IMG/VR virus record: IMGVR_UViG_3300020045_012203
Coordinates: 1-58,392 of that record
DNA: 58,392 bases
Source of the DNA: a virus
Taxonomy: Duplodnaviria > Caudoviricetes
Reading direction: 5' to 3' (one strand)
Positions 1-9,572 of the stretch are shown one piece after another. The stretch's first letter is position 1. Every line of letters begins with the position of its first letter. The notes under the pieces were generated by a model. It saw only the letters and a list, made by a program, of their open reading frames with translations, was not told the DNA's origin and searched no databases. The translations under genes and the position numbers were made by a program.

Positions 1-2
1 CA

Positions 3-128
3 GAACTACAAACTGTTTTGGCAAAGTTTACATTATTAGCCGATTGTCCATCATCGCTGGCCGGAATGGCTGGCATGGGAATAAGAGTTAAACAGGATGA
101 AACCGGGTTAGAATTTTACACAATTTAG
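3..128 (+). CDS. 3' end of a tail-associated protein (partial)
   Basis: Frame 3 is open to TAG 126-128: ELQTVLAKFTLLADCPSSLAGMAGMGIRVKQDETGLEFYTI. It resembles the FxxLxDxPxxxxGxAG..V...TGLEF motif of phage tail proteins. Confidence 0.6.
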   Translation, partial: ELQTVLAKFTLLADCPSSLAGMAGMGIRVKQDETGLEFYTI

Positions 129-130
129 TC

Positions 131-2428
131 ATGAAAATATTAAGAAACGGCACTTCTTCAATATTCGTTAATTTTGAGGGTAAGGCTTTGAAGTTACAAG
201 ACGATAACTATGTTGAACCAGACCCAAATGCACTGCAAATTGAAGTTCAGGTGGATGCTGGTCAGGTTTTCACCATCCCAACGACAACTTCATTTAGCTA
301 TATGAACACATCAGGAACAAATGTATCAAGCGGAACTTTGGTTTATGATTATTATGTAGATTGGGGTGATGGGTCAGCAATCGCTCACATTACAACTTAC
401 AATTCAACGGATAGAATACACACTTATGTTTTAGCAGGAAAATATATCATTACAATTACATCACCTACAAAAAAATTCCCTGTTTTTGATTGTAATGATT
501 CGACAGCAGTAAATTCAAGATTACTTATAACTAGAGTAATTTCATGGGGTGATGTTGGAATTAAAAAAATAAACTTTTATGGTTGTGGTGCACTGGTAAC
601 ACTTCCTGAACAAAGAAGTAAATTAACTACGCTTTTAACTGCTATGTACTTTTGTCAAGGGTGTACATCTCTATCTGCCATACCTTACGGTACATTTTTT
701 AAAACAGCGACTCAGGATATTGTAATTGCAGATTTTTCTTACGCTTTTTACAATTGTACAAAGTTATTATCAATTCACTCTACGACATTAGTTGACTGCA
801 TTTATGCACGATCATTTTCGTTATCATTTGGAGGCTGTACCAGAATTACTACACTTCCTGATGAATTATTTTACTCCTGCCCAAACGTCACAACTTTTGC
901 TCAATGTTTTACAAGCTGTACATCGCTTGTATCAATTCCAGCTACATTGTTTTTATATAATACAGCTTCACCTTGCAATTTTTCTTACACGTTTTACAAT
1001 TGTTCCTCTTTAGTTTCAATCCCTGCACATTTATTCGATACGGTTCACAGTAATATATTCTATCAATGTTTTTATGCCTGCAATTCATTAACAACAATAC
1101 CTGAGTACCTTTTTCTCGGCCAAAACTTATGCACATCGTTCTACCAGTGTTTTTATGCTTGCGGTAAACTTAAAGGCGTTCCGACTGGTGTTTTTGATAT
1201 ATCGGTAAATGGGGTTAATAACTGTACAGATATGTCGTCCTGTTTCATAAGTTGCGGAACCGACTCTTCTGTAACGACATTTACAATAGCAGACAATCTT
1301 TTTGATGATTTATACAGGGTAACAAGTTTTTACGGGATATTTAATGGGTGCACTAAATTCACCGGAATCCCAACAGATTTATTTATCAATTGCATTGCAG
1401 TTACCGATTTTTCATTTGCCTTTGCATCTAATAAGCATACGGCAATTCCTTCAGGTTTATTTGACTCATGTACAGAAGTAACTAATTTTCAGGGAACGTT
1501 TTATAACAATACGTTATTGACAAGTGCTGGAATCCCGGAATCGTTATTTTATAATTGCACAAAAGCAATTTTATTTGGAGGTACATCAACCAGTTATGGT
1601 ACGTTCTCTAATTGCAATAACGTAGGATTTACTTATATACCTGCAACACTCTTTAAATATTGCATAAATGCCACTAATTTCGGGGGCTGTTTCTATAATT
1701 GTGCAAATGTAACTACCATTCCGGTAGATTTGCTGCGATACAATACTTCTGTTACAGATGTAAATAATATGTTTGCGGCTACAAAGATAAGTTCTCTTTC
1801 CTCAAATGTGTTCCAATATAACCCATCTATCACAACTGTTTATGGCTGTTTTACTAATTGTACTTTATTAGCATCTATTGATGAAAATATATTTAACACT
1901 AATTCAAGTTCAACGAATGCTATCGTAGATTTTTCTTTCACTTTTTCTGGTTGTAACAATGTAGGGCTTACTTCAATCCCTGCCAATTTATTCAGGTATA
2001 GCATTAATGCGAAATTGTTTTATAATACTTTTTCAAATTGTAATAAAATAACCTCAATACCTTCAGGTTTGTTTCAATATAACTTACTCATTGAAAATTT
2101 ATATGGTTGTTTCAACGGTTGGATAATGACCTCAATTCCGAGCGATTTATTCGCTGGGTTAACGCAAGTAAATACAGTACAGCAATGTTTTTACTATTGT
2201 CATGAGTTACTATCAATACCTTCAGGTTTATTTGATTCGATTGGGGTAAATAGATCGGTGAATTTCACCAGTTGTTTTCAGGTTAATAGCACCTTAGCAT
2301 CTTACAACAAAATAACCGGAGCCGTCCCAGAACTTTGGAATAAACCAAACAATCCGGTTGGGGTGCAGTGTTTTAGAAATAGAACGGCTGTAAGTAATTA
2401 TGCCAGTATTCCGGCTGGGTGGAAATAA
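131..2428 (+). CDS. BspA/DUF285-like leucine-rich-repeat protein with N-terminal PKD-like domain; putative tail adhesin/receptor-binding protein
   Basis: Many ~25-aa repeats of type FxxCxxLxxIPxxLF; N-terminal VDWGDGS...HTY..AGKY motif; located in the tail module. Confidence 0.8.
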   Translation: MKILRNGTSSIFVNFEGKALKLQDDNYVEPDPNALQIEVQVDAGQVFTIPTTTSFSYMNTSGTNVSSGTLVYDYYVDWGDGSAIAHITTYNSTDRIHTYVLAGKYIITITSPTKKFPVFDCNDSTAVNSRLLITRVISWGDVGIKKINFYGCGALVTLPEQRSKLTTLLTAMYFCQGCTSLSAIPYGTFFKTATQDIVIADFSYAFYNCTKLLSIHSTTLVDCIYARSFSLSFGGCTRITTLPDELFYSCPNVTTFAQCFTSCTSLVSIPATLFLYNTASPCNFSYTFYNCSSLVSIPAHLFDTVHSNIFYQCFYACNSLTTIPEYLFLGQNLCTSFYQCFYACGKLKGVPTGVFDISVNGVNNCTDMSSCFISCGTDSSVTTFTIADNLFDDLYRVTSFYGIFNGCTKFTGIPTDLFINCIAVTDFSFAFASNKHTAIPSGLFDSCTEVTNFQGTFYNNTLLTSAGIPESLFYNCTKAILFGGTSTSYGTFSNCNNVGFTYIPATLFKYCINATNFGGCFYNCANVTTIPVDLLRYNTSVTDVNNMFAATKISSLSSNVFQYNPSITTVYGCFTNCTLLASIDENIFNTNSSSTNAIVDFSFTFSGCNNVGLTSIPANLFRYSINAKLFYNTFSNCNKITSIPSGLFQYNLLIENLYGCFNGWIMTSIPSDLFAGLTQVNTVQQCFYYCHELLSIPSGLFDSIGVNRSVNFTSCFQVNSTLASYNKITGAVPELWNKPNNPVGVQCFRNRTAVSNYASIPAGWK

Positions 2429-2489
2429 CACTACAATTAACCGTGTGCGAATTTTTTGCACAAATCGTTTTCGCGGTTATACTTCTTGA

Positions 2490-2519
2490 ATAGAAAAATT
2501 TGCTGCTCAATATATTTTA
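2490..2519 (+). promoter_or_regulatory. Candidate phage late promoter (ATAG-N17/18-TATATTTTA)
   Basis: Motif recurs at 5157-5187 and 53709-53739; the TATATTTTA part alone recurs at 7731 and 41651. Confidence 0.4.
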
Positions 2520-2524
2520 CTTCT

Positions 2525-2596
2525 GAGTGATAAGGTTTTTTTTCATAATTAGTTTGGTTTTACTCCCTACATTTTAGCATTGTGTGGGGGGTTTTT
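2525..2596 (+). ncRNA. Putative small RNA 1 ending in a terminator hairpin
   Basis: Follows TATATTTTA; core TTTTTTTTCATAATTAGTTTGGTTT; hairpin 2562-2592 plus T-run. Same architecture at 7740-7826. Confidence 0.4.
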
Positions 2597-2626
2597 ACAG
2601 AAACGTTTTACTTAAAAATAATAGCT

Positions 2627-2956
2627 ATGGCAAAGATTGTAGATAATGTAAGTTTAGTAGCCGGGCTGATTACTTCAACAGCCGTTGCGCCTGCGAATAA
2701 CGTCAGGTTTCACATTGCAACAAGTAATGTAGTTGATCTCACAAAAGAGATTAAAATCAAGCTAAAAGTGAAAGACGGAAGTGCTGCTTATGCAATACTG
2801 ACAGATGACAATGACAGGCCAATCACGATCTCACTTTTTGGCAACCAGGAGAAAAGCCGGAACATTTTCGGAATCAATTCAGCTTCATTGATTGCCGAAG
2901 TTGTGAATGCTCCCGAATTAATTGGAAACATTTCAGTCTGGACAAATGAAAGCTAG
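2627..2956 (+). CDS. Hypothetical virion-associated protein
   Basis: ATG 2627 (MAKIVDN) follows an A-rich leader. The listed GTG 2582 start lies inside a terminator hairpin. Confidence 0.6.
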   Translation: MAKIVDNVSLVAGLITSTAVAPANNVRFHIATSNVVDLTKEIKIKLKVKDGSAAYAILTDDNDRPITISLFGNQEKSRNIFGINSASLIAEVVNAPELIGNISVWTNES

Positions 2957-3092
2957 TATTTCAGCCGGTAAAATATCCGGAATCGAAGCGGGTAAAATGG
3001 TTCAACATGGTTCAAATTCGAACCCCATACTTATTGGTGGAATCTGGAACGATTCGCTACTGTGGAATGATAATGATATATGGAAAGATTAA
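2946..3092 (+). CDS. Small 48-aa protein with Trp/Asp-rich C-terminus
   Basis: MKASISAGK...ILIGGIWNDSLLWNDNDIWKD*; overlaps the upstream stop and fills the gap between genes. Confidence 0.55.
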   Translation: MKASISAGKISGIEAGKMVQHGSNSNPILIGGIWNDSLLWNDNDIWKD

Positions 3093-3110
3093 ATTATAAA
3101 ACTAAAAATA

Positions 3111-5090
3111 ATGGAAACCCTAAATAACGGAGAACCCGGATTATCCATCAGAAATAAAATAAATGGCAATTTTTTAGAGCTATTAAATCGCTCGGGTCTT
3201 ATTGCCGGATCGTTCACATCTGCCCTACCAACTGGCACTATTGCAACCGACAAGGTATATCTCTATGCGGGTACAAATGCAACACTCGTTGATGGTATTA
3301 CATGGTATAATGGTGATTCAGCTCTGTATAATGGAAGCAGTTGGTCTAGAATACCATTTCAGAGTTTGGCAAACTACTACACGAAACTAGAGTTTGATAC
3401 GATTCTTAAAAACAAAGGGAAAAACAGATTCAACTCCGCCGATGCAGACATTAAACTTGGCTATTTTCTTTCCGTTGCAAATGCCCTATCCACCAACGCG
3501 GGCTACAATACGACGGGATATATGGCGGTTACTCCAGGCGAAAACATAGTTTGCAGCATTTCGACCAAAACATTAAAGATAACTCTTCGAACGGTGGTTT
3601 TCTATAATTCTTCAAAAACGTTAATTGCCGGAGGTGTCGAAAATGTCACGAGCTGTGTAATCCCGGTTAACGTTGCATACATAAGGTGTTCAATTGCAAC
3701 AGGGATAATTTCCACAGCGTTGTTTCCCACAATTCAATTTGAAAACTCAATTCACCCGACCGACTACGAGACTTACTATCAATCCGTTTTCGATCCGAAA
3801 TTACGGCACAACATCGCATCAATCAATTACGACGCTGTTGATCAATTTGAAAGCATAAATATGCTTGATGTGAGCAAAATAATCGGTGGCAAATTTGTTG
3901 ATTTATCTGGGATAGAAAATATACATGACTCATATAATGCTGCCGGAGAACTCATCAAGGTCGATGTGGGCAAAAGGGTAATTGCGGTCAACTCAACGAC
4001 CTTTCAACCGATGACGTTCAGATTCATTACTTGCTATGATTCTAACTTTGCCGCAATGCCAGGCTCTGGAGTTCAAAGTGTAAATTACTTTGATGTTCCA
4101 ACAGGAGTTGCCTATATCAGACCCACTTTCTTCGTTTCGGAAGGAACTTCAATCATGCTTCAATACGGTTATGTTCCATCTGTCTTTCATTCAAAGCATA
4201 AGACAATATTACCGAATTATTTGCCGTCGAAGAAAACAGTTCTAGCAGGCAAAACAGTACTTGTTTATGGTGATAGTAAAGTATCGGATAATCAATACCT
4301 TAACGTTATGTCGGCGTTAACTGGAATAGATCGTTTCTTCAATATGGCTATTACTGGTGCTAATATAATTGGGTTTTCAACTCGCAATGAATCAACAAAT
4401 AAATACGACTGGAGAACTTCATATCCAAACAGCGGCACTGACACCTACAATGACAGGCTTTTAATTCCACAAATTGACCATACCCCAAATACTCTCAGAC
4501 ACAAATACAACATAATATCTACTCCATTTCTTCAGGCAGATGCAAGATACATGTTAAAACCTGACATTGTCATTATTGATATTGGGTTCAATGACTGGAA
4601 AAATGCGATGGAAAAGACTTACGAAACTTATGCTGACGTAATCGATTTGACTTACAACCAGTTGCTTGATAGAGCATCAGATGCAGGGGTTCTAACCGTA
4701 AAAGTATTGACATATTTGAGGCTGGCTCTTGAAAAACTCAATGCCGAAATAACAGAAACACTTGATGGTTACACCTATGGAATTGATTGTCGATTATCAA
4801 AGTTTGTTTTCGTGACGCCGATCCAATGCGCTAATCCATTCACTTATATAGATGGAGGAACAAGTAATCATACTAAATCACTTTTAGAATTTGGAGACTA
4901 TCTGAACGATTTGCTCTCAGATTATTCAATCAGTCGGATTGATGGATACCGGGATGGTGGAATTTCGCGAAGATATGAATCTGTAGGAGTCGCTGGCAAG
5001 TTTTTAACAGATGGCATACATCTTAACTCATTAGGGGCTATAAAAGTAGGAAGAGCTTTTGCAGCAAAATTAGCTTCTATGCTTCGTTAA
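3111..5090 (+). CDS. Tail-associated protein with C-terminal SGNH/GDSL hydrolase domain (putative polysaccharide esterase)
   Basis: VYGDS (block I), IGFND (block III) and DGIH (block V) motifs; N-terminus resembles tail fibre proteins. Confidence 0.75.
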   Translation: METLNNGEPGLSIRNKINGNFLELLNRSGLIAGSFTSALPTGTIATDKVYLYAGTNATLVDGITWYNGDSALYNGSSWSRIPFQSLANYYTKLEFDTILKNKGKNRFNSADADIKLGYFLSVANALSTNAGYNTTGYMAVTPGENIVCSISTKTLKITLRTVVFYNSSKTLIAGGVENVTSCVIPVNVAYIRCSIATGIISTALFPTIQFENSIHPTDYETYYQSVFDPKLRHNIASINYDAVDQFESINMLDVSKIIGGKFVDLSGIENIHDSYNAAGELIKVDVGKRVIAVNSTTFQPMTFRFITCYDSNFAAMPGSGVQSVNYFDVPTGVAYIRPTFFVSEGTSIMLQYGYVPSVFHSKHKTILPNYLPSKKTVLAGKTVLVYGDSKVSDNQYLNVMSALTGIDRFFNMAITGANIIGFSTRNESTNKYDWRTSYPNSGTDTYNDRLLIPQIDHTPNTLRHKYNIISTPFLQADARYMLKPDIVIIDIGFNDWKNAMEKTYETYADVIDLTYNQLLDRASDAGVLTVKVLTYLRLALEKLNAEITETLDGYTYGIDCRLSKFVFVTPIQCANPFTYIDGGTSNHTKSLLEFGDYLNDLLSDYSISRIDGYRDGGISRRYESVGVAGKFLTDGIHLNSLGAIKVGRAFAAKLASMLR

Positions 5091-5125
5091 CCTTGGAGAC
5101 TATTTGAACCAGAATTTACGAATAT

Positions 5126-5150
5126 AAAAAGCGGCTCCGGTCGCTTTTTT
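5126..5150 (+). terminator. Rho-independent terminator
   Basis: AAAAAGCGGC-TCCG-GTCGCTTTTTT. Confidence 0.7.
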
Positions 5151-5156
5151 AGTTAC

Positions 5157-5187
5157 ATAGGTAAAAATTATATCTCATTATATTTTA
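5157..5187 (+). promoter_or_regulatory. Candidate late promoter upstream of the lysis operon
   Basis: ATAGGTAAAAATT...TATATTTTA, closely similar to 53709-53739. Confidence 0.45.
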
Positions 5188-5209
5188 AGGAAACAGTAAA
5201 TCAATCATC

Positions 5210-5614
5210 ATGAAATTATTGTCTTTCCTGGTATTATTATTCATTTCCATCCAGATGCAGGCTCAGACTTACGTTAAAGTAGCTGACAAAGCCGAATATG
5301 CAAAGTATGAAAAATGGGGAAAAGATTCTATTTCGATTGACATCGTACAGTACGGAAAGGCAACCATCATAAATCCGAAAGTATTGGGTCTTGATTACCA
5401 GCTTTACAAGGCTGTTTATGGCAATTACACTGATAAGCTATTGAAAGATACTATCTGGTATCAGTTGTGGCATCGTGGACTTAAAACAACGGCAATCTCA
5501 TTGACTTCCGACCAGGTGTTATTGACAAAAAAAGTGAGAATTAAAACACAGCGATGTGAAATATCACCAGCTCACTACTATTTAATCAGGGATAAAGTGA
5601 GAGATCAATGGTAA
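5210..5614 (+). CDS. Hypothetical secreted protein
   Basis: Sec-type signal peptide MKLLSFLVLLFISIQMQAQ. Confidence 0.6.
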   Translation: MKLLSFLVLLFISIQMQAQTYVKVADKAEYAKYEKWGKDSISIDIVQYGKATIINPKVLGLDYQLYKAVYGNYTDKLLKDTIWYQLWHRGLKTTAISLTSDQVLLTKKVRIKTQRCEISPAHYYLIRDKVRDQW

Positions 5615-5808
5615 ATCAACAGTCATATCAAGGTATCGAAAGACCAGCCTCTCCTGATTGGCTAGGTTGGTTTATTCTTGATTTACTGGATGAAAACCCG
5701 AATGAAACTGAAGAACATATTGCAGAAATAAAACAGCTACTTGATTTTGAAGTGAAGCTGTTTTTCTACTGCTTGAATTATAAACTTCCGGCTGATACCG
5801 GATTATAA
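5608..5808 (+). CDS. Hypothetical protein
   Basis: Overlaps the upstream stop; tight operon packing. Confidence 0.5.
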   Translation: MVNQQSYQGIERPASPDWLGWFILDLLDENPNETEEHIAEIKQLLDFEVKLFFYCLNYKLPADTGL

Positions 5809-5818
5809 ACGCAAGAAC

Positions 5819-6229
5819 ATGAGCAATGAAGAGCAAACACACGCACAGTTGATAGAAGAGATTATAAGCAGAAAACTAAAACCATTTTATTGGCTTGTAA
5901 GCATCGCAATTACTCTGTTTGGTATTGTTTCTGTACCTATCGCGGCACAGGTTATTACTCTTACCCAGAATCAGGGAGTCATCGAGGTAAAGGTTAATCA
6001 GAAAGTTGATTCTGATGAAGTCTATCGTAACTTCATATTAAAAGGAGTTTATCATCTTCTGCAAAAAGACGAACACGAGTCAGATATGGAAGCGATTGCA
6101 AATCCAGATAATTCAGCATTCATTTATATGAAAAACAATAGCAAGGAAGCCGAACAATTGGATTTAGGAACTAGGTCATCAACAAATTATAAATCAGATT
6201 ACCTAAAGGCGACTCAAAATCAAAAATAA
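5819..6229 (+). CDS. Single-TM membrane protein of the lysis module (holin/antiholin-like)
   Basis: One hydrophobic segment; directly upstream of the endolysin. Confidence 0.5.
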   Translation: MSNEEQTHAQLIEEIISRKLKPFYWLVSIAITLFGIVSVPIAAQVITLTQNQGVIEVKVNQKVDSDEVYRNFILKGVYHLLQKDEHESDMEAIANPDNSAFIYMKNNSKEAEQLDLGTRSSTNYKSDYLKATQNQK

Positions 6230-6230
6230 A

Positions 6231-6761
6231 ATGGCAAATTTCAACCAGGCATTTAAGTTGATGATCGAGCATGAAGGCGGCTATGTGAACGACCCGCAAG
6301 ATCCGGGCGGTGAAACTTACAAGGGCGTAGCCAGAAAAATGCAACCTAATTGGGATGGCTGGCCAATGATCGATTTATTTAAGGCCCATGCTTCGTTTCC
6401 TTCAATGCTGGATGGAAATATTGAACTGCAAAATAAAGTGATTGCATTTTACGAGCAAAAGTTTTGGCTCAGGACTGGTGGCGATATGATCATCAATCAG
6501 CAAGTTGCCGAATCTATTTTTGATTTTGGTGTGAATGCCGGTGTTGGTACCAGTGTAGAACTCGCTCAGGGAGTTGTTGGATCCGAAACAGACGGAAAGA
6601 TGGGGATTCATACCGCTGATGCAATTAATTCTTTTGATCCGGACCTATTTCTTGCATCATTTTCCCTGGCTAAAATCGCTCGCTATATCAGCATCTGTAA
6701 AAAGAGACCTGAAAGCAAAAAATACTTTTTCGGATGGGTTTGTCGAGCATTGAATCTATAA
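6231..6761 (+). CDS. Endolysin, glycoside hydrolase family 108
   Basis: HEGGYVNDPQDPGGETYKG catalytic motif; FDFGVNAG; C-terminal GWxxR. Confidence 0.9.
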   Translation: MANFNQAFKLMIEHEGGYVNDPQDPGGETYKGVARKMQPNWDGWPMIDLFKAHASFPSMLDGNIELQNKVIAFYEQKFWLRTGGDMIINQQVAESIFDFGVNAGVGTSVELAQGVVGSETDGKMGIHTADAINSFDPDLFLASFSLAKIARYISICKKRPESKKYFFGWVCRALNL

Positions 6762-6770
6762 AATACAAAT

Positions 6771-7157
6771 ATGAAAAAGTCAGACATTGGAACCTATCAG
6801 GAGCTTCAGCCTAATGGTATGATAGCCGACAGTTGGATGAGAAGAGCAGCGACATGGACCTTTGTATTCTGGGTTTTGACAACCATTTACTTTTGCGCTT
6901 CCTACGAATATCATTTCTATACTTTGTCTCAAATGGTCAGCACAAAAGTAGGGGAATCGACCGAAGGGATAATCTCTCAACAGACCTTCATTACTCTTGT
7001 GAATCAGCTCGAAGTAATCAACTGGACCATATTTGCCTTTTTTGGATTGGCCGTGTTCGCTCCCAAAGCGCTGCAAAAGTTCGCCGAAACAAAAATGGGT
7101 ATTAAATCAACAACGGAGTCAGAAAGTTCATCATCATCTAAAACTACAATGCAATGA
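6771..7157 (+). CDS. Putative holin (2 TM)
   Basis: Two hydrophobic segments and a KALQKFAE tail; adjacent to the endolysin. Confidence 0.6.
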   Translation: MKKSDIGTYQELQPNGMIADSWMRRAATWTFVFWVLTTIYFCASYEYHFYTLSQMVSTKVGESTEGIISQQTFITLVNQLEVINWTIFAFFGLAVFAPKALQKFAETKMGIKSTTESESSSSSKTTMQ

Positions 7158-7729
7158 AAGAAATTTACGCATTACTCATAATCGTTTTTCTATTAGCCGG
7201 GTGCCGGTCAACAAAGAAAACAACCGAATCATCGAACATTCAGTCGAATCAAACTGAATTTAATCAATCTAAAGATTCAGAATTAATCAGCAAGTCTGAT
7301 GCAACGCAAAAAGATAAGGTTGATAATGACATTTTAATTGAGGAAACCAATGTCACAGTAACCAACAAGTATTACCCACCGACCAAAGCTGACAGCGCCA
7401 AGGCAAAGGCCGAAAACAAGCCACCAGTAGGCGCTTTAGAATCAACAACAACTTCAACCAATACAAAAAAGAAAGTTGATAAAACGAAAGCTGCTTCTGA
7501 AAAAACCAAGTCTGATGAAAGCAACTTAAAGGCTAAAGAGGATAATTCAGCCAAATCGAAAAATTCAGTTGTTGCAAAAAATGCAACTACTGAAAAGAAA
7601 TCAGTCCCTATTCAGTGGGGTTGGATATTCGCCTGTGCTGCTTTGGGCGTTTCGATATTTATCTACTTCAGCAAGTCAGGTCCGGCCACTATCGTAAAAA
7701 CATTTTTATCAAAGATTTTCGGAAAGTAA
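7154..7729 (+). CDS. Lipoprotein with C-terminal TM helix; unimolecular-spanin-like
   Basis: Lipobox LAGC; low-complexity periplasmic part; C-terminal TM segment; last gene of the lysis module. Confidence 0.6.
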   Translation: MKEIYALLIIVFLLAGCRSTKKTTESSNIQSNQTEFNQSKDSELISKSDATQKDKVDNDILIEETNVTVTNKYYPPTKADSAKAKAENKPPVGALESTTTSTNTKKKVDKTKAASEKTKSDESNLKAKEDNSAKSKNSVVAKNATTEKKSVPIQWGWIFACAALGVSIFIYFSKSGPATIVKTFLSKIFGK

Positions 7730-7739
7730 ATATATTTTA

Positions 7740-7826
7740 AGGCTGCATAGAAACAGATTTTTTTCATTAGTTTGGTTTAGGTTAGTTAGTTTTAAAGGTC
7801 GGTTACAGAGGTAGCCGACCTTTTTT
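7740..7826 (+). ncRNA. Putative small RNA 2 ending in a strong terminator (7794-7826)
   Basis: TATATTTTA 7731-7739; core TTTTTTTCATTAGTTTGGTTT; hairpin AAAGGTCGGTTAC-AGAG-GTAGCCGACCTTTTTT. Confidence 0.4.
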
Positions 7827-7857
7827 AATGCCATTGACATATATCAATTAAATCTAC

Positions 7858-7884
7858 AAAGCGGCTATTTTGGTCGCTTTTTTT
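7858..7884 (+). terminator. Terminator-like hairpin
   Basis: AAAGCGGCTA-TTT-TGGTCGCTTTTTT. Confidence 0.55.
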
Positions 7885-7955
7885 ATGTGTTGTTCGCCAT
7901 GCAAATAATTTTGTTTTGTGGGTTGTATATCCGAGTCAATGGCTTAATTTTGCCT

Positions 7956-8354
7956 ATGTCTGTCACTAATTACATATTTCAAAGGGTCCATAGACCCGAC
8001 TCCATTATCCAGATAAGGCCGATGGAGTGGTACCACCGTAAGGCGTACCGGCTCAATATGCCCTTTGGATATTTAGTGACAGACAACTCCATTGGCTCTA
8101 TTATCAAAAACCAAAAATCAAAAATCATGCGAATGTTGAAATGGGTAATCATGGGTGAAATACTCATGGTGTTGGTGAAGTTTCACCCACACGAGAAGTT
8201 GTTTACGCTTGAAGAAAAGCGAATCTATTATGAGTTGAAAAAATGTGTTGTTATTTTATCAAAAGAAAATGATGGGTACAGGATCGAGAATGCCAGGTTC
8301 CCTTCGTTGATCAAATTGTGTTTGACCTCTTTTATTTTGTTTCCCCTAATTTAA
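7956..8354 (+). CDS. Stand-alone hypothetical protein (moron-like)
   Basis: ATG 7956 lies just after TAATTTTG (7945-7952, Bacteroidota -7 box); terminators on both sides. Confidence 0.45.
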   Translation: MSVTNYIFQRVHRPDSIIQIRPMEWYHRKAYRLNMPFGYLVTDNSIGSIIKNQKSKIMRMLKWVIMGEILMVLVKFHPHEKLFTLEEKRIYYELKKCVVILSKENDGYRIENARFPSLIKLCLTSFILFPLI

Positions 8355-8394
8355 TGAAAACTTAATCCGTAATATGTTGTATCTTTACGCTCTC

Positions 8395-8425
8395 ATCCTC
8401 TGAATTAATTTTCAGGGGATTTTTT
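8395..8425 (+). terminator. Rho-independent terminator
   Basis: ATCCTCTGAA-TTAATT-TTCAGGGGAT-TTTTT. Confidence 0.6.
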
Positions 8426-8526
8426 ATGAGTTGCAAATAAGTTGCAATCTTATCTTATTCAATATCAATGACTTATCAAACATAGAAAAATATTATAGCA
8501 TTTTAACACAAAATTTGTCATTTTTG

Positions 8527-8557
8527 TTTGGAGATTACACAGAGATGTGTATATTTG
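8527..8557 (+). promoter_or_regulatory. Bacteroidota primary-sigma promoter with overlapping palindromic operator
   Basis: TTTG 8527-8530, 19-nt spacer, TATATTTG 8550-8557; palindrome TACACA-GAGA-TGTGTA in the spacer. Confidence 0.7.
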
Positions 8558-8598
8558 TGTATCACAATTCTGTAATTCTTACGCAAAAATAACAAACT

Positions 8599-8811
8599 AT
8601 GTTACACTTGTATTACACAAATCTTACTTCAAATGAAGAAAAGGCTAAATTCTTCGATGAAGCTGCCTTAAAATGCAGGGTAAGACCTTCAACTGTTAGG
8701 AGTTGGATCGCAAAACCAAAATCAAACGCATTCAGGATTCCAAAACCTGTCTACCGTGGCATACTCTCGGAAATCACCGGAATTAAAGAAGAAAAACTCT
8801 TTAAAAACTAG
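8599..8811 (+). CDS. Cro-like HTH protein
   Basis: Small and basic; HTH-like AALKCRVRPSTVRSW; first gene after the promoter. Confidence 0.55.
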   Translation: MLHLYYTNLTSNEEKAKFFDEAALKCRVRPSTVRSWIAKPKSNAFRIPKPVYRGILSEITGIKEEKLFKN

Positions 8812-8814
8812 GCC

Positions 8815-9570
8815 ATGGATCAACTTGTATTCAAATCATCAAGAGGAAATCCAGTAACCAATAGTAAGGTTATTGCTGAACGATTCGGAAAGAATCACAA
8901 AGACGTTTTGAAAGCAATAAGAGGTCTTGAGTGTTCTGACGATTTTCATAAGCGCAATTTTGCGCCGATGTTCTATATCAGCCAAATAGGTAACGGAGGA
9001 AAAAGACAAGACCCATACACAATAATGACACGCGATGGATTTACATTTTTGGCAATGGGCTTTACTGGTAAGGAAGCGGCTAAGTTTAAAGAACAGTTCA
9101 TCGAAGCTTTTAATTCAATGGAGTCTAAATTAAAAACAATTACCCCATCTATCCCCGGATCATTTGCCGAAGCTCTTGAACTTGCAGCACACCAAGCCAG
9201 AGAAATTGAATCACAAGCCAAATTAATTGCAATTCAGGCACCAAAAGCAGAACTGGCCGACAGGTTGATTGATACCGAAACTCGCGTTGATATTGGTCAG
9301 GCCGCCAAACTCCTGAAACTTCCTTATGGACGCAATACCTTCTTCAAAGAATTGCGCGACCGTGGTATCTTCTTTAAAAATCGCAACGAACCAAAACAGG
9401 AATATGTTGACCGTGGATACTTTCAGCTTTTCATGGTTGTTATAGAAACGAATACCCATGGCGATCTGTCAAAAACCAAGATTGTAGTTCCTCAAAAGGG
9501 TCTTTCATGGTTAGCTAAAATGTTCGGGTCCGAATTAAATAATCAACTTCCAAACCTTAATTCCATTTAG
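8815..9570 (+). CDS. Rha-family regulator / antirepressor with C-terminal ANT (KilAC) domain
   Basis: NSKVIAERFGKNHKDVLKAIR and MTRDGFTFLAMGFTGKEA (Rha); PGSFAEAL...APKAE...GRNTFFKELR...PKQEYVDRGYF (ANT). Confidence 0.9.
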   Translation: MDQLVFKSSRGNPVTNSKVIAERFGKNHKDVLKAIRGLECSDDFHKRNFAPMFYISQIGNGGKRQDPYTIMTRDGFTFLAMGFTGKEAAKFKEQFIEAFNSMESKLKTITPSIPGSFAEALELAAHQAREIESQAKLIAIQAPKAELADRLIDTETRVDIGQAAKLLKLPYGRNTFFKELRDRGIFFKNRNEPKQEYVDRGYFQLFMVVIETNTHGDLSKTKIVVPQKGLSWLAKMFGSELNNQLPNLNSI

Positions 9571-9572
9571 CC

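Noticed and set aside
131-2428. Possible diversity-generating retroelement target
   Set aside because: No reverse transcriptase ORF and no TR/VR pair differing at adenines was seen in the window.
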